DNA of 64,000 nt from Podarcis cretensis (taxonomy: Eukaryota): the NCBI GenBank assembly GCA_951804945.1, contig OX638149.1, positions 113,584,001 to 113,648,000 of the forward strand, given 5' to 3'. Below the pieces are notes generated by a model. The model saw nothing but the letters and a program-made list of their open reading frames with translations, was not told the DNA's origin and made no database searches. Below, piece after piece: positions 1 through 12,785 of the stretch (within the stretch, counting starts at the first letter, position 1; every line of letters starts with the position of its first letter). The translations under genes were made by a program, and so were the position numbers.

Positions 1-904
1 CCTGTCAGCAGCGTTAAGTTGGCAGGACTTTTGAGGGAAGTGGTGGTTCCACCACTCTGAACAACTCCTGGGCCGTCAGGGTTGCTATGCCCCTAAAATA
101 AACAACTGAAAACCAATGAAGTGAAAAGGTGAACTCAATTGTTCAAGCAGAATTTGATCATACTAGGAAACCTGAGAAACACCATCAACACATCACAAGG
201 AATAGACTTTAATTTTAAAATAATTTAATGTGTTGGCTGTTCATGCTCCAATTAACTCTGGCTACAATCCCATGCACATCTACCTGCGAGTAAACCCCAC
301 TGAATACAGTGAGACTTATTTCCGAGTAAGCATGCACAGAATTGCAGTCATGCTGCGATACAACACACTGAACAAAGCTTGCATGGCCATAACCAGATAA
401 AAAAATTGAGCCACAAAATCCCTGACCCAGACCTTTTAAATATGCATACCACACATTTTCATGCACATATTGTGAATGTTAATATTGTGTGCTTTGTAAT
501 TGTTTTATACTTGCAAATAGCTTAGAAACCATCTTGACAATTATGGGGGATATAAATTGATAGTAACGTTTTCTCTCAAACATATGTCAAAAGTGGCCAG
601 ACAGGTGCAGTCAACCACAATGAAGAATGTTCAACAATGTCTGAAATTCTTTGCAGTAGAGCGAACAGTCTTCTTCTCTCTTTGGTGGTCAAGCTAGATG
701 AGAACATTCCAGCGCTCTTTAAAAGGAATGAGGCCAGTGATCACCTGCCTTGAACTGATTCCCATGACAGGACTGTAAGACTTACTTGATATCTTATAAT
801 TCAGGTAACCCAGGCTGCTTCATGATGGAGTTAAAAGTGGGGAGAAAACGCAGAGTGCCAATGATGGCTATCTGCTTTAAATGTGGCTTATGATATAGTC
901 AGTA

Positions 905-1135
905 CAGTGGTACCTCGGGTTACATACGCTTCAGGTTACATACGCTTCGGGTTACAGACTCCGCTAACCCAGAAATAGTACCTCGGGTTAAGAATTTTGC
1001 TTCAGGATGAGAACAGAAATTGTGCAGTGGCAGCGGGAGGCCCCATTAGCTAAAGTGTTAGAACAGGTTAAGAACAGTTTCAGGTTAAGAACGGACCTCC
1101 AGAACGAATTAAGTACTTAACCCGAGGTACCACTG
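905..1135 (+). mobile_element. Tc1/mariner (Tigger-like) MITE, family A
   Basis: TIRs CAGTGGTACCTCGGGTTA...TAACCCGAGGTACCACTG flanked by TA on both sides; further copies at 40942, 57931 and 63907. Confidence 0.9.
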
Positions 1136-1201
1136 TAAAGCCAACGCAGAACCTAAGCAAAGTTTTCTTTAGCTGCCAGTGTCATCTTGATCAACTGACT
1201 A

Positions 1202-1390
1202 CAGGCAAACTGTTTTAGGCATGACAGATATGAGCAGAGTGCTGAACCCGGAATTGACCTGAAAACGTCATCAAATATGTCCCTAAAAGGGTGGGGCAGG
1301 CGCAGAACAGAGTGTTTCAATTGCACAATTCCATGCAAGTGTGCAATGATTCGGAACACAAACACACACACCCCAATTTGGGGTTGCCTG
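1202..1390. mobile_element. Tc1/mariner-type MITE, family B (diverged)
   Basis: TA|CAGGCAAAC...GTTGCCTG|TA termini; internal similarity to 1514-1737. Confidence 0.7.
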
Positions 1391-1513
1391 TAGTGGCTTC
1401 CTAAGACTACTTGGCAATCTCAAAGCAGCTGTCTCTAGTTCACAAAAGTGTAACTGTGTGCCTCACAGTAACAACTTCCAAGGAGGGGTGTTTTTAATCA
1501 TCTTCAGAACATA

Positions 1514-1737
1514 CAGGCAGCAACTGTTTTAGGTGCATGTGATATGGGCACGACTGCGCACACACACATCGCGCCAAACCCGGAAGCGACCCAAAAATGT
1601 CATGAAAAGGGGTGGAACAAGGCCAGGGCAGAACAGGGTCTTTGCAGGTTTTCTCAATTGTGTTTCAAATATGTGTGATTTCATTTAGACGTGTGGTGCC
1701 TTGCAATGTAACCCCCGCATAAATTGGGAGTTGCCTG
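1514..1737. mobile_element. Tc1/mariner-type MITE, family B (diverged)
   Basis: TA|CAGGCAGC...GTTGCCTG|TA termini; shares AACTGTTTTAGG, AACCCGGAA, AAAAGGGGTGG and GCAGAACAG blocks with 1202-1390. Confidence 0.7.
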
Positions 1738-1883
1738 TATTCCAAAGGACTTTAATCACTGTACCTTTCTTTCGGTGCCTTTCACTGTCCTGGATTCAGG
1801 ATGAGAAAAAGAACAACAGAACCTTTCGCCCCTCACCTAAGCCAAAATTTCCTACAGGCACATGGTCCTGAGCTACTTTGTTA

Positions 1884-2222
1884 AAGGTAAAGGTAAAGGG
1901 ACCGCTGACCATTAGGTCTCATCATGACCGACTCTGGGGTTGCGGTGCTCATCTCGCTTTATTGGCCAAGGGAGCTTCCGCGTACAGCTTCCGCGTCATG
2001 TGGCCAGCATGACTAAGCCGCTTCTGGCAAACGCCGTTTACTTTCCCGCCGGAGCGGTACCTATTTATCTACTTGCACTTTGACGTGCTTTCGAACTGCT
2101 AGGTTGGTAGGAGCAGGGACCGAGCAACGGGAGCTCACCCCGTTTGCAGGGATTCGAACCGCCAACCTTCTGATCGGCAAGTCCTAGGCTCTGTGGTTTA
2201 ACCCACAGCACCACCCGCGTCA
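1884..2222 (-). mobile_element. Sauria SINE
   Basis: (ACCTTT)n tail and tRNA-related head with GTTCGAATCC box B on the minus strand; 16-bp TSD CTGAGCTACTTTGTTA at 1868-1883 and 2223-2238. Confidence 0.95.
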
Positions 2223-4789
2223 CTGAGCTACTTTGTTAGGCTGTACCAATTTATTCCAGATTCGATTGTGGCTTCGTGTACATAACTGGATTTTCGCTTT
2301 CTATAAAACAATGGGGTATCTCACATCCTCATGAGAGCCATGGGAGTAAAGCTCAGGTCAGGGTGCAAATGTCATAAAAAATGAGATATTTAGGTTGAAA
2401 TCCTATACTACACATTCTCATCAAGGAGATAACCTATGTATTCTTCATTGCCCCCACCCCAATATTCTGTAGTTTATTAAAAATCTTCTAAGTTTACAAG
2501 AAAATTGCAAGACGTTTTGCTAAGTTTGGCAAAATATGAAAATTGTGGAGGTGATGACTATATGACAAAATCCTGTCCCTTCCCCATTCCCTACCCTGGC
2601 ACATGAAGAATCTATTTATTAAATGTATAGCTGTCTTCATTTAATTCAGGGCTGTGTTGGTTTGCCAAGAAGTCTCGTATCTGGGCACTGACCCGAGAAA
2701 TGCCTAATTCATTTTAACATGCATCTTTAGATCAGTATAGAAACTACTCCAACCGTCCTAAAACTTACTGTAGTTTCTTCTTAAATGCCAAGAAATAAAA
2801 GTTTCCTTTGGGTTAATCTTACATTCAGGTTGTGTCAGCTAAAGTAATGCAAATGATCCGGGGTCAAATTCTGAAAGGCTTTCCTTAGTCCACTGCATTT
2901 GGTAGAATTTTGCAGGAGTAAGCACTTTAAAAAGGAAAAAAACTTAAGGGGGGGGACCCTTGAGCTAAAGGGCAGCAGGTTTAGCTCTTCATTATCTAAA
3001 AGAAAAATAAACACGGTTGGTCTTTGATCTGCCAAAAACCTAACACTGCAAGAAGACAAAGATGAGGGGAAAGCTCAGAACAATACTACTTCAGGTCACA
3101 ATGCCCAGAAGGAAAGGGAGAAAAGGCTTTACTGGTATTGCTATTTGCTGTCTCCCCTCAAATGACTGTTCTAATTTCCTGTAGAACACATGGAAAGTAA
3201 ATTTGGATTAAAGTGGAATTGTGTTACTCAAATTTCTAGTTAGCTCAATATATAAAAGAAGGGAAGTCTTTCATGGACCTGGAAGTGTTAAATAGATTGC
3301 ATGTCTATCTTAGCTTAAGTCTCCTTAGATGCCCAGTACCTGTTTGTCTTCAGTTTTGCAGCTTAATAATTGGCTGTAACTTTAACCACTGGCAAAGTGG
3401 AATTTACCGTAAGTCTAACCAGGTGTCATCTAGTTACTGCTTTCAACATGTAACTGAAATTGTCCTATTCTTATCCTATTCTCCACTTTAAGTGATTACT
3501 TAGCAAATTCCTGATACGCTTCCCTGCTTGGGACATAGAAAATGAGTAAATTATTAAAGAAAGATTAAGGGAAGTACAAAAACCAAGCACCATTTATTCA
3601 AAAATACATCACCGATAAAGATTCTCTAGTTAAATGATATTTAATTTGCTGTCAACCTATTAAAAGACTTGCAAACAGCTTCTTTATCTTCTTCTGGGAA
3701 AAACCCCCATAAAATTAGACAAATAGTTTATAACCTTTTGCTATACTTATTTTGAGTAAGAGTGAATCTGAACCGCTATTCTTAACACCCACCAATGTTC
3801 TAAACAATTTAAAAAGAATTAAAGAGAAATCTAAACAATACTGACTATTAATGACAGAAATATTAGCCTAGTACTCGATACTCTTGAATAAAGCAAATAC
3901 AAAATTGCTATCACTACAATGAGTGCAAATTGTAAAAATTACTACATTTATTCAACACAAAATGGTAGTATTTATTAAAATTTTATGCTGCTTAATATAA
4001 AAAAATTATCTAAGACATTTACATAAAAACTGTGAAAATACAACAACATTCAATCTAATTTCCTAAAAGCTGGGAAAAAGTAAAATGATACATCACAACT
4101 AAAAGTTAGCAGGATACAAAACAATAAATTTAAACATTTAATATCCTTTATATCCTTTCCCCCTGTGAGTTAGATCCTTCATTCTTGATCAAAATCAAAT
4201 CTCCATTACAGACTTTCCACAAGAGTACAGGACATAGCCCAGTGCATAGCAGTTTATTTGGCTCAAGGCTTACTAAAAGTCCTTTATAATATAATTTTTT
4301 CCTATACTAGAATGGAACAGCACAACTCCAGAGAACATAATGGGCTGGTTCAAACAGAACTGGAAACTATGGCTTCCTGCTATGTGAAAGAGTTGTAGAC
4401 TCATGAATGCCCCCACACCAGAAGACGAAATTGGAAATCGACTTCCAATTTTATCAAACCCTGACCAAGCCAGTATCAAACCACTGTTTTGGATTCCAGC
4501 TTGTTCACAAACCCATAGGTTAAGCAAACTATAGTTCAACTCATTTGGATGCAAGGAAGGGCTGTGAATAGTTTACAGCTGGAAGTGGTGGCTACTCATT
4601 CAGAGATTCAGATGTTCTGTCATCTGAGTAAATACAAACCAGACAACCCTGGCTGTCTTGTTGTCTGTGGCATTGGCACTATCACAGTAAGGATTTTTAG
4701 TTACAGACTTAATTTACAAGCTGTGTGCTGCTATCCCTAGTTATTTACTGAGATAAGCATACCTGAGATAACAATAGCCCATTAACTAT

Positions 4790-6290
4790 CTTCCACAGAA
4801 TGCTATTCCAACAACCTTAGATGCCGAGGTTCTGTACACTAACATCCCCCACAAAGATGGGCTACAAACTAGGGATACTAGCCTTGATGCTGCCACAGCA
4901 CATCTGGATAGCATGCTTTCCCACTGTGTCCTCACCCGCCATTATTTATGAGTAGGGTTATAGGGTTTTAAGTTAAATGCATTGCAATTGGCACCAAACA
5001 TGGTTCTACCGTGCCAACAATTCATTTCCCAGTACCTCATGTTTACCGGAGATATGCTTGGCATCATCTAGATCAGCGGTTCTCAACCTGTGGGTCCACA
5101 GATGATGTTGAACTACAACTCCCATCACTCCTAGCTAGCAAGGCCACAGCTCAGGGATGATGGGAGTTGTAATCCAACAACATCTGGGGACCCACAAGTT
5201 GAGAACCGCTGATCTAGACCCATCATCTAGGTTCCACCAGAATTCAACCTATCCTCAACCTGAGCTTGGAACAATCCATTCAGCAAGTTAATTTTCCAAG
5301 CACCATGATGCAGTTATGAGGACAACCATCACCTAATACCATAAACTTACTAACCACCAGTGCTTTTCTTTTCAGGGGTACTCAAGGGCACATCTTTATG
5401 TTGTGTGGCACTTACTGTAACGACTTCATGGTGAGTACTTGCACCTATTTTTCTAGGGGGGGGCACTGCTAACCACATCAGCTTGTTTTCAACTAACTCA
5501 AATGTGCATCACACAATCCATCAATTACAGTCATGCTCTACAACACAACTACATTTGTTACAGCTCATCAGACAAGAGCTAGTGCTAGAACAACAACAGG
5601 GCGTCTTAAAACTGCAGTAGTCACCCAATTAAGTTAAGAATCAGATTGAGAAGCTCACACTGGTGCTCAAGAGAAAACTGTTATGACAGGTCCAGAAGAG
5701 AAATTGACAAAACATTTCTTGTCAATCACAGGCCCCAGCCAAAATGTAACTACAACCCATTCAGAGTGATACTTCACCTTCAAATGCCTTGGGGAGGAGA
5801 CCAGCTCTTATTTACAGACTGGCCCCTATTCTAAAATGGCTACTCACCTGCAACTATTTAACAAAGATGCAAACCCAGGAACTAAGCTCTGGAACGAACT
5901 CAGAGGCAGACTCTGTTCCCATATTTATTCAGGTAACGCTATGACAATACATGGCAACATCTGCCATACTATCACGAGGTTCATTCACCTGCTCAACACC
6001 CAATGTGTTCACATATGCAATTGCCTGCCATGATGCCTACATAAATAAAACAAGCCAATGTTTCAACACAAGCTAATAAATGGGCACAATTCTGACAATC
6101 AGGAATGACTTCATTAAGAGCTTCCATCTTCCAGAAGGAGAATATTCCAGTCTCCCCAGAAAGGGCACTCTGCTGCTGACTTGAAAGTCAACATGGTTCA
6201 ACAAGACGACTTTAAAGAGAGGCTCACATTCAAAACTGCTGAACGAGAATTTGTCAGGAAGTTCTAGCCTAGATGGATCATTCAAAATTA
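4790..6290 (+). mobile_element. Degenerate Penelope-like retroelement (RT plus GIY-YIG remnant)
   Basis: Translatable remnants LPQNAIPTTLDAEVLYTNIPHKDGLQ (PLE RT motif), YSHALQHNYIC, LCSHIYSG...SFTCSTPNV and INGHNSD (GIY-YIG region); many frameshifts. Confidence 0.8.
5074..5211. mobile_element. hAT-type MITE inserted in the Penelope remnant
   Basis: TIR CAGCGGTTCTCAAC...GTTGAGAACCGCTG; 8-bp TSD ATCTAGAT/ATCTAGAC; near-palindromic body. Confidence 0.9.
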
Positions 6291-8109
6291 TAGTTCACAA
6301 CAGCTGTTGAATTAGGATAGCATAGCTAAATGTTTAACATTGCTGTTGGGAATGCCATTGTGATTGGGTCAGTCTGTTTTTTTATCTTGTATACCAGAAG
6401 CTGGCAGGTAGTGTACTGAGATCTCTTGATAGCTTTCTGGGTAGATAATGTACAAATTACCGATTTCCAATTATTTAACATGAACAACACAAAAGCTTTC
6501 CTGATTTGAGGAAGGGGGCGAGGAGTGGATTTTTCTGTGAGCCTTATAGGGTGGTACTCAATTATCTGTTATGAGTAGGCGCACTGAAATGAATGGATTT
6601 GTGTTAGCCATGTTCATTCATTTCAATGGGTCTACTCTGAGTGTAACTGTTGCATGGGGTGGAGGGGAGGAGATGAGAAGATTCAGTAGCAAGGGAAGGA
6701 CAAAGGTTCCACACACACACCAGTCCCTTACCTCCCTGGCACCTTCACTGAAGCGGACTCAGGGCTGGCAGCCTTGAATCTGAGATTTTTGTACTGTACT
6801 TACATTACTGTACTGTATTTACATTTTGTACTGTACTCTCTGGAAGAAGGTCCAGAGAGAGGAAAGGTAAAAGGCACCCTGTTCTTTTTCTCCCTTCTAA
6901 AACATCCCTGCATAGTACAAAGAGATTGGTTCTAAAGAACATACTTTCCCCACCACAACCAATGCTTCCCCAAGACAATTTGTTAGGAGCCAGGCTAATT
7001 TCCTCTTCTTTTAATACTACTGTACTACTTTCTCTCTCAATTGCCACCACAACATTCTGAGCATCCTGCAAACTCACAGGTCACAGGAACCTCTTAGAAA
7101 GTTTAACATTTTGTTTTCCTTTTAATTCACAAACTTACTTCTATATACATATGTATCCTCCCTACTATTATATATTTTTTTGAATTTTTTATTGATATTC
7201 CACTTGCAAAATATACAAACTTAAACTGCATAACAGCATGCAACCTACATGAGTGTAGGCAACATAAACAAAAGAAAAAATGAAATAAAAGTCTTAAGTT
7301 TTATAAACTGGATCGAGAGAGAAAAGAGATGGAACAGTTACAATAACAGTTTATTTTAGTTACACATATCATTTAGACTGGCAAACACAGGTAAGTAACA
7401 TTGTAAGCATGTCAGTGATTTGGTTTGACATATTTTTGTTTTCGTATTTGAATAACTGGCCAGAAACAATCAAATTAGCAAGAAGGAGGGGGGGATAAAG
7501 TAAAGTATATACACCACACTACATTCATTGTAAAAAAAATTACAGGTCCTGCTCTGCCATATGTGTAATTCAGCTGAACGTTTTCCTGCTTGGCGTTATA
7601 CAGAATGGTGTAATATCCAATACTTGGCATCTACACGACAAAAGCTTACATATGGTTATATTGCTGAGAGTCGAATTCTGCTCTCAACCATGAATAAGAG
7701 ACAACTTATGAACTAGCTCTTCTGGATAGAATCCAGAAGGGATTTGCATTTAATTAGGAATTCCAGATTCTCGCCATGGTTCCCACTTCTGAAAATGGAG
7801 CATTTTTCAGAGCATGTCATACTAAACTCATGTCTGGTTTAAAAAAATGCCTTTAAGGAGGTCGGAGGTCAGATTCCAGGCGATGTCCACGGGGTCTCAG
7901 ACAATAGGTTCCCATATGACGGACTCTGCATATGTGGGCCAGCCACAGGTGGAAGACAGCATGCATTACTTGTTAATCTGTCTTTTTTATAGGGATTAAA
8001 GAGACCGATTTCGGAAACCTTTGCTAATTAGGCTTACTAAGGCAGAAATGGTTCTCTTTATTTTGAGCGACGCCAACAGATTTGTGACACATAAAAGTGG
8101 CGCTTTGAA

Positions 8110-8254
8110 AGAATCATAGAATCGTAGAGATGGACGGGACCATGAGGTTCACCTAGTCTAACCCCTTGAATGCAGGAATCTTTCACCCAACACAGGGCTC
8201 AAATCCATGACCCTGAGATTAAGAGTCTCAGGCTCTACTGACTGAGGTATCCCG
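8110..8254 (-). mobile_element. Short SINE: tRNA-Lys(CTT)-derived head plus CR1 3' tail
   Basis: Minus strand reads CTCAGTCAGTAGAGCCTGAGACTCTTAATCTCAGGGTC..., followed by a CR1-type tail ending CTCTACGATTCTATGATTCT. Confidence 0.8.
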
Positions 8255-8440
8255 TGATCACACAGAGTGAGAGAGAATATTGCAATAAGTTGCACTGGAG
8301 ATTCAAAGGTCTAACAGAAGTTAAGCTAGGTACAGTATAAGCTAGCAGGTGACACTTATGAACTCTGACTCCCTTGCTTTACATAATTGATTGTGCGCGG
8401 TATGTTATGGTTCACAGTTTGGCAATTTGTAATGTTATAG

Positions 8441-8803
8441 GTAAAGGTAAAGGAACCCCTGACCATTAGGTCCAGTTGTGGCCGACTCTGGGGCTGCGGC
8501 GCTCATCTCGCTCTATAGGCCGAGGGAGTTGGCGTTTGTCCGCAGACAGCTTCTAGGTCATGTGGCCAGCATGACTAAGCAGCTTCTGGCGAACCAGACC
8601 AGCACACGGAAACACCATTTACCTTCCCGCCGGAGCGGTACCTATTTATCTACTTGCACTTTGACGTGCTTTCAAACCGCTAGGTTGGCAGGAGCTGGGA
8701 CCATGCAACGGGAGCTCACCCTGTTGCAGGGATTCGAACCGCCAACCTTCTGATCGGCAAGTCCTAGGCTCTGTGGTTTAACCCACAGTGCCACCTGCGT
8801 CCC
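8441..8803 (-). mobile_element. Sauria SINE (full length)
   Basis: Same consensus as 1884-2222; 16-bp TSD ATTTGTAATGTTATAG at 8425-8440 and 8804-8819. Confidence 0.95.
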
Positions 8804-8869
8804 ATTTGTAATGTTATAGCCTTTAGTTAATAATAAATAATAGTAATAGTAATAACAGCAACAACAACA

Positions 8870-9155
8870 ATTTTATTATTTATGCCGCGCTCATCTGCAT
8901 CTGTCTGGGTTTCCCCAGCCACTCTGGGCAGCTTACAACACATATAAAACCACAGAAAAACATCAAACATTAAAAACTTCCCTATACAGGGCTGCCTTCA
9001 GATGTATTCCAGAAGTCGTGCAGTTGTTTATCTCTACAACATCTGACAGGAGGGCATTCCGCAGGGTGGGTGCCACTGCCAAAAAGGCCCTCTCTGATTG
9101 GTTCCCTGTAACTTCACTTTTCACAGTGAGGGAACCGCCAGAAGACCCTCTTAAA
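8870..9155 (-). mobile_element. L2 LINE 3' fragment
   Basis: Encodes RAFLAVAPTLRNAL...HLKAALYREVF (L2 ORF2 C-terminus); same family as 10859, 35535 and 47085. Confidence 0.8.
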
Positions 9156-9159
9156 CTCA

Positions 9160-10110
9160 TTGGTATATACTTGTGTAATTAATAAAATTGTGGTAGACTG
9201 CACAAAAAAGTCCCATTCCTTTTTCTCTTTTGCCACTTTTAATTTTTGTGTTACTTTTTCCAGCAGTGCTGCCTGCCATACAACATTATACTACTGCTCT
9301 GTGTTCTAAAGATTTCCAGGATCTGCCTATGCTTCCTTATTTGTGATTTGCTCCATGTCCTGACCATATAAATTGAGTAACGCCAAGCCAAGGGCCATAG
9401 GAATTATCTGTGCCATAATCAGTGATCTCTCTCCAAATATATGCTTCCAAAGTTTTTCTACTCTCTGGCACACTCCTGCCACAGGGCACTCCCATCCAAA
9501 GTAAAAAATGTTGGTACATAGCTATACTAGGGCATCCTGCACATGGAACAGCTATTTGGTTTTATATAGGATAGACGCCCAGGAGTTAAATACCATCCCG
9601 TGTACAATCTTGAAAGTTCTTTCCCTGGTTGTTGCTGAAAGGACTTTGGGCCATAGTTTATTCTGTTCCTCTTCTTCTATGCCATTTCAGTTTGAATTCC
9701 CACCAACTTTTCAAAGTTTGTTGAGGACGGAATTGTGATTCTATAATTTATCTACATATAAATGAGATCAGACCCTTTATCATTGTGTTTTCTCCCATGA
9801 CTATTTTCTCATATGCCGTTAATTGTCTCATAACTTTTTCTTAAAAAAAATCTGTACATTTGTTAAGGAGGATCTTAATTGGTGCCCCAATAGCCATGAA
9901 ATTTGAACATTCTCCAGTTGAGTTTATAACTCAAGTTACTGTCAGCGGCTGTCCTCCTTTGTAATATGCTTTTTTAAAAAATACAACTGTTTTTCTTTCC
10001 CCACAGCCACGTTGTAAGATCTATACTTATTTTCAAAAAACAGGTGGCAATGAAGTGAAATTAAAGGAGAAAGACGCAACGCTAAGACCTTTGCCCATTA
10101 TATTCAAATT
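9160..10110 (-). mobile_element. Degenerate L1/Tx1-clade LINE ORF2 C-terminal fragment
   Basis: Minus-strand remnants WYLTPGRLSYIKPNSCSMC and WECPV...KLWKHIF resemble the zinc-finger region of non-mammalian L1; boundaries approximate. Confidence 0.55.
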
Positions 10111-10125
10111 ATAAATGTTGTATGC

Positions 10126-10744
10126 CAGTGGTTTTCAACCAGTGTGCTGTGACACCCTGGGGTGCCTTGAATGATGGTCGGGGTGCTGCGAGCAACACTG
10201 GCCTCTGTCCCTCTTTCTTTCCTTCCTTCCCTCCCTCCTCTGACACCCTCTCATGTCTCTGCCTCCCAAAGGCTTGCACAGCTATTTCTTGCAGCAGCCC
10301 TGGCTACAAGCTCCCCAGGCAAATGGTGCCTCTGGGGCTGGCCAGGGAGTGCTGGTTGCCAGGAGCTGAGGCAGCCTCAGAGTAAGCAAGCAAGCAGGCG
10401 AGGGAACCCAGCCAGCCAGTCCACCAGCCCTTGCCGTTGGGAATGGACAGACAAGTCCCAGGCCTCTGTGGGGCACTGTGAGGAGGCACCTCTCTTTGGC
10501 ACAGGGGTGGGGGCAGCTCAGAGACCAGAGGTGGCATCTGTGGCTGCCCAGAGGGCTCCCAGGGAGAGGTGAGAGGAGAGGAGACTGAGGGAACACTCCC
10601 ACAAGGGAAGATGTTTCTAAAAAGGGTGAGAGGCTGCCAGCTGTGCAGGCAAGGGGTGACAAAACTGATCCCCCTAGGGGTACCGCAGAAATAATGTACA
10701 GTTGATCAAGGGAGCCATGGACTCAAAAAGGTTGAAAACCTCTG
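10126..10744. mobile_element. Non-autonomous hAT (Charlie-like) DNA transposon
   Basis: TIR CAGTGGTTTTCAACC...GGTTGAAAACCTCTG; 8-bp TSD TTGTATGC/TTGTAAGC. Confidence 0.85.
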
Positions 10745-10858
10745 TTGTAAGCATTTCATGTTCATGTAAACATGAACAGATCCATAAACCAATGTTTCCT
10801 ATGTTCCTAGCTTACTCAGCAAACTTTGTGGTCGAGCAAGAATTTGAACCCAGGCCTC

Positions 10859-11200
10859 TGAAGGAGCATCTCTACCCGCACTCCAGCCCGGACACTAAAG
10901 TCCAGCTCCGAGGGCTTTCTGGTGGTTCCCTCACTGCAAGCAGTGAGGTTACAGGGAACCAGGCAGAGGGCCTTCTCGGTAGTGGTACCCGCCCTGTGGA
11001 ACGCCCTCCCATCAGATGTCAAGTAAATAAACAAATATCTGACTTTTAGACGACATGTGAATGCAGCCCTGTTTAGGGAATTTTTTAATGTTTGATATTT
11101 TATCGTGTTTTTGATATTCTGTTGGGAGCCACCCAGAGTGGCTGAAGAATCCCAACCAGATGGGTAGGGTATAAATAATAAATTACATTATTATTAATCA
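10859..11200 (+). mobile_element. L2 LINE 3' fragment with (ATT)n tail, splitting an older tRNA-type SINE
   Basis: RAFSVVVPALWNALP motif; ATT tail; flanks GAATTTGAACCCAGG (left) and CTCTAACCACTACACC (right) are two parts of a MIR/Squam3-like head. Confidence 0.8.
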
Positions 11201-12039
11201 TCATCATCATCATCATCAGTCTAAATCCAGCACTCTAACCACTACACCATACTGGTGATAAATATCACAGACTTACTACCCCCCGCCAATCACACATGCG
11301 CATACCAAGAATGTTGCATTTGGTACAATATATTAACATGACTTAAACCTACAAAATGTGTCTCTGGGCCCTGATGTGATGCTCAGAGCCCAGAATTTCC
11401 CACACAAGTAAGGTTTGGGAATGAAAATGCCCTCTCAGCAGTGTTAGGGGGAGAGGGGAGGGGGGCCTGAAAATTCAAAGACATGCCAGCCCTTCCTTGG
11501 CTCCAGACATTAATGAAAATAATAACTGCAAGGGAATTAGCTTCCTGCCCATGTTGACCTTCTCAGTGGGACCTTTTGCAGGTATCTGCCTCCCCCCCTC
11601 GGAAAGAGGGTGCTGTTAGCAGCAGTTGCTGTATAATCACTTACTTGATTCCTTCTAAGGAGCTTAGGCTAAGAGTTGAGCAAAGAAAGCAGATTAACAG
11701 TTTGAATGCACCCACACAACCAACACACACACACACACACACACTGGTGGCTGGAGGGGGCGCTCCCCAGGCCTACAGATGTGCCCCAAGAAATCTAGTC
11801 CTAATCCTGCTTCAACAATGGGGTTTTCATTAATTGTAGGGTAATTACGCTTTGCTTGTGCGGGAGGCCAGAGAGGGAGAGGGGCAGGGAGGAAGGGGCT
11901 GCCATTACAAGGTGGGAATGAGGCTGTGGGAGATAGAGCTCCTCCATCCTCAACAGTCAGATTAGTACCAGGGGATGAAGAGGAAGGAGGAGGTGGTGGT
12001 GATGCGGCCAAAGGCTCTGCCAGTCACATGCTTCCCGGC

Positions 12040-12052
12040 GTTGCCTAGCAAC
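12040..12052. promoter_or_regulatory. RFX X-box motif in intron 1 near the CpG island
   Basis: GTTGCCTAGCAAC fits the RFX X-box consensus; function not shown. Confidence 0.4.
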
Positions 12053-12691
12053 AGCAAAGCTCAGAGAAAAAGTTCTCTCCTCCAACTTCAAATCTGCCAG
12101 GGAGAGCCTGACCGATGGGAAGGGGGCTTATTATTCTGCTTTGGACAAAAACAACCACCGTTCTTTGCTTTGCAAAAAGGAAACACACAGACACAACCCC
12201 TCCAGCCTACAAATTTGCACAAATTTCCCTCCAATAAATACATACATACATATATATATATATGTATATATTCAACAGTTACAAAACTGTTGAGAGGATG
12301 AACTCGCGAACAGAAACGCGGGCCGGCTGAGCGCGCGCGGGGCAGGGGGCGGGTCCGGGTGCGAATTCGGCGCGCCTTTGAGCGAGCGCGTTTGTCAGGA
12401 AAATCCATCCTCGGCGATGGAAGAAGCTGGAGCCCGCTTCTTTGTCGCTTGTCAAGCGCGTCCACTGTTGGGAGGGAGAAAGTTATTCTCCGTAGAGGAC
12501 CCGCTAGGTGGAAAAAACTAAAGGAGAGCAAGCCCCCTCCCCCCCCCATTACCACCCTCAGTCCTCTCTTTCTCCCCTCCACCATAAAGACAGGGAGAGA
12601 ACTTGCCTGCCCCCTCCCTTAAAAAAAAACAACACTTAAAAGTTGTGGGGTTCCCCCTGGAGCTGCAAAGGCGCGGGGGGGGGGGGCTTAC

Positions 12692-12785
12692 CTTGGCAGG
12701 CAGCTTGCAAGATGCATGCAGCGAGCAAGGCGAACACTTGGCAGGCAGCGGCTGCTCCGCCGTCCAGGCGCCGTCGAGGTCCCAT
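12692..12785 (-). CDS. LRP2: First coding exon (signal peptide MGPRRRLDGGAAAACQVFALLAACILQAACQ, phase-1 intron); probably LRP2/megalin
   Basis: ATG at 12785, hydrophobic leader and strong donor AAG|GTAAG at 12691. Resembles the human LRP2 leader [27 protein letters not shown], also a phase-1 first exon followed by a long intron. The recalled fish lrp2-col28a2-bbs5 gene order supports this. The exon is well supported; the gene identity is inferred. Confidence 0.6.

Noticed and set aside
258-350. Imperfect palindrome (relatives near 6550-6650 and 60535-60615) as a structured ncRNA
   Set aside because: It recurs as diverged dispersed copies, which fits an old palindromic DNA-transposon relic better.
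905-1135. Internal short direct repeats (GGTTACA/GGTTAAGAA) resembling a CRISPR-like array
   Set aside because: These are subterminal repeats of a TA-flanked MITE with four copies in the window; there are no unique spacers or cas genes.
8184-8254. tRNA-Lys gene (also tRNA-like stretches at 14446, 20075-20147 and 37030)
   Set aside because: Stems and box B are mutated and the sequences are fused to retroposon tails, so they are SINE heads.
10122-10662. Cluster of 77-133-aa ORFs
   Set aside because: They lie inside a GC-rich non-autonomous hAT element and show no transposase motifs.
1-12690. Search for exon 2 of the minus-strand gene
   Set aside because: No convincing phase-1 exon or LDL-class-A cysteine pattern was found; a candidate acceptor near 716 hits a stop codon.
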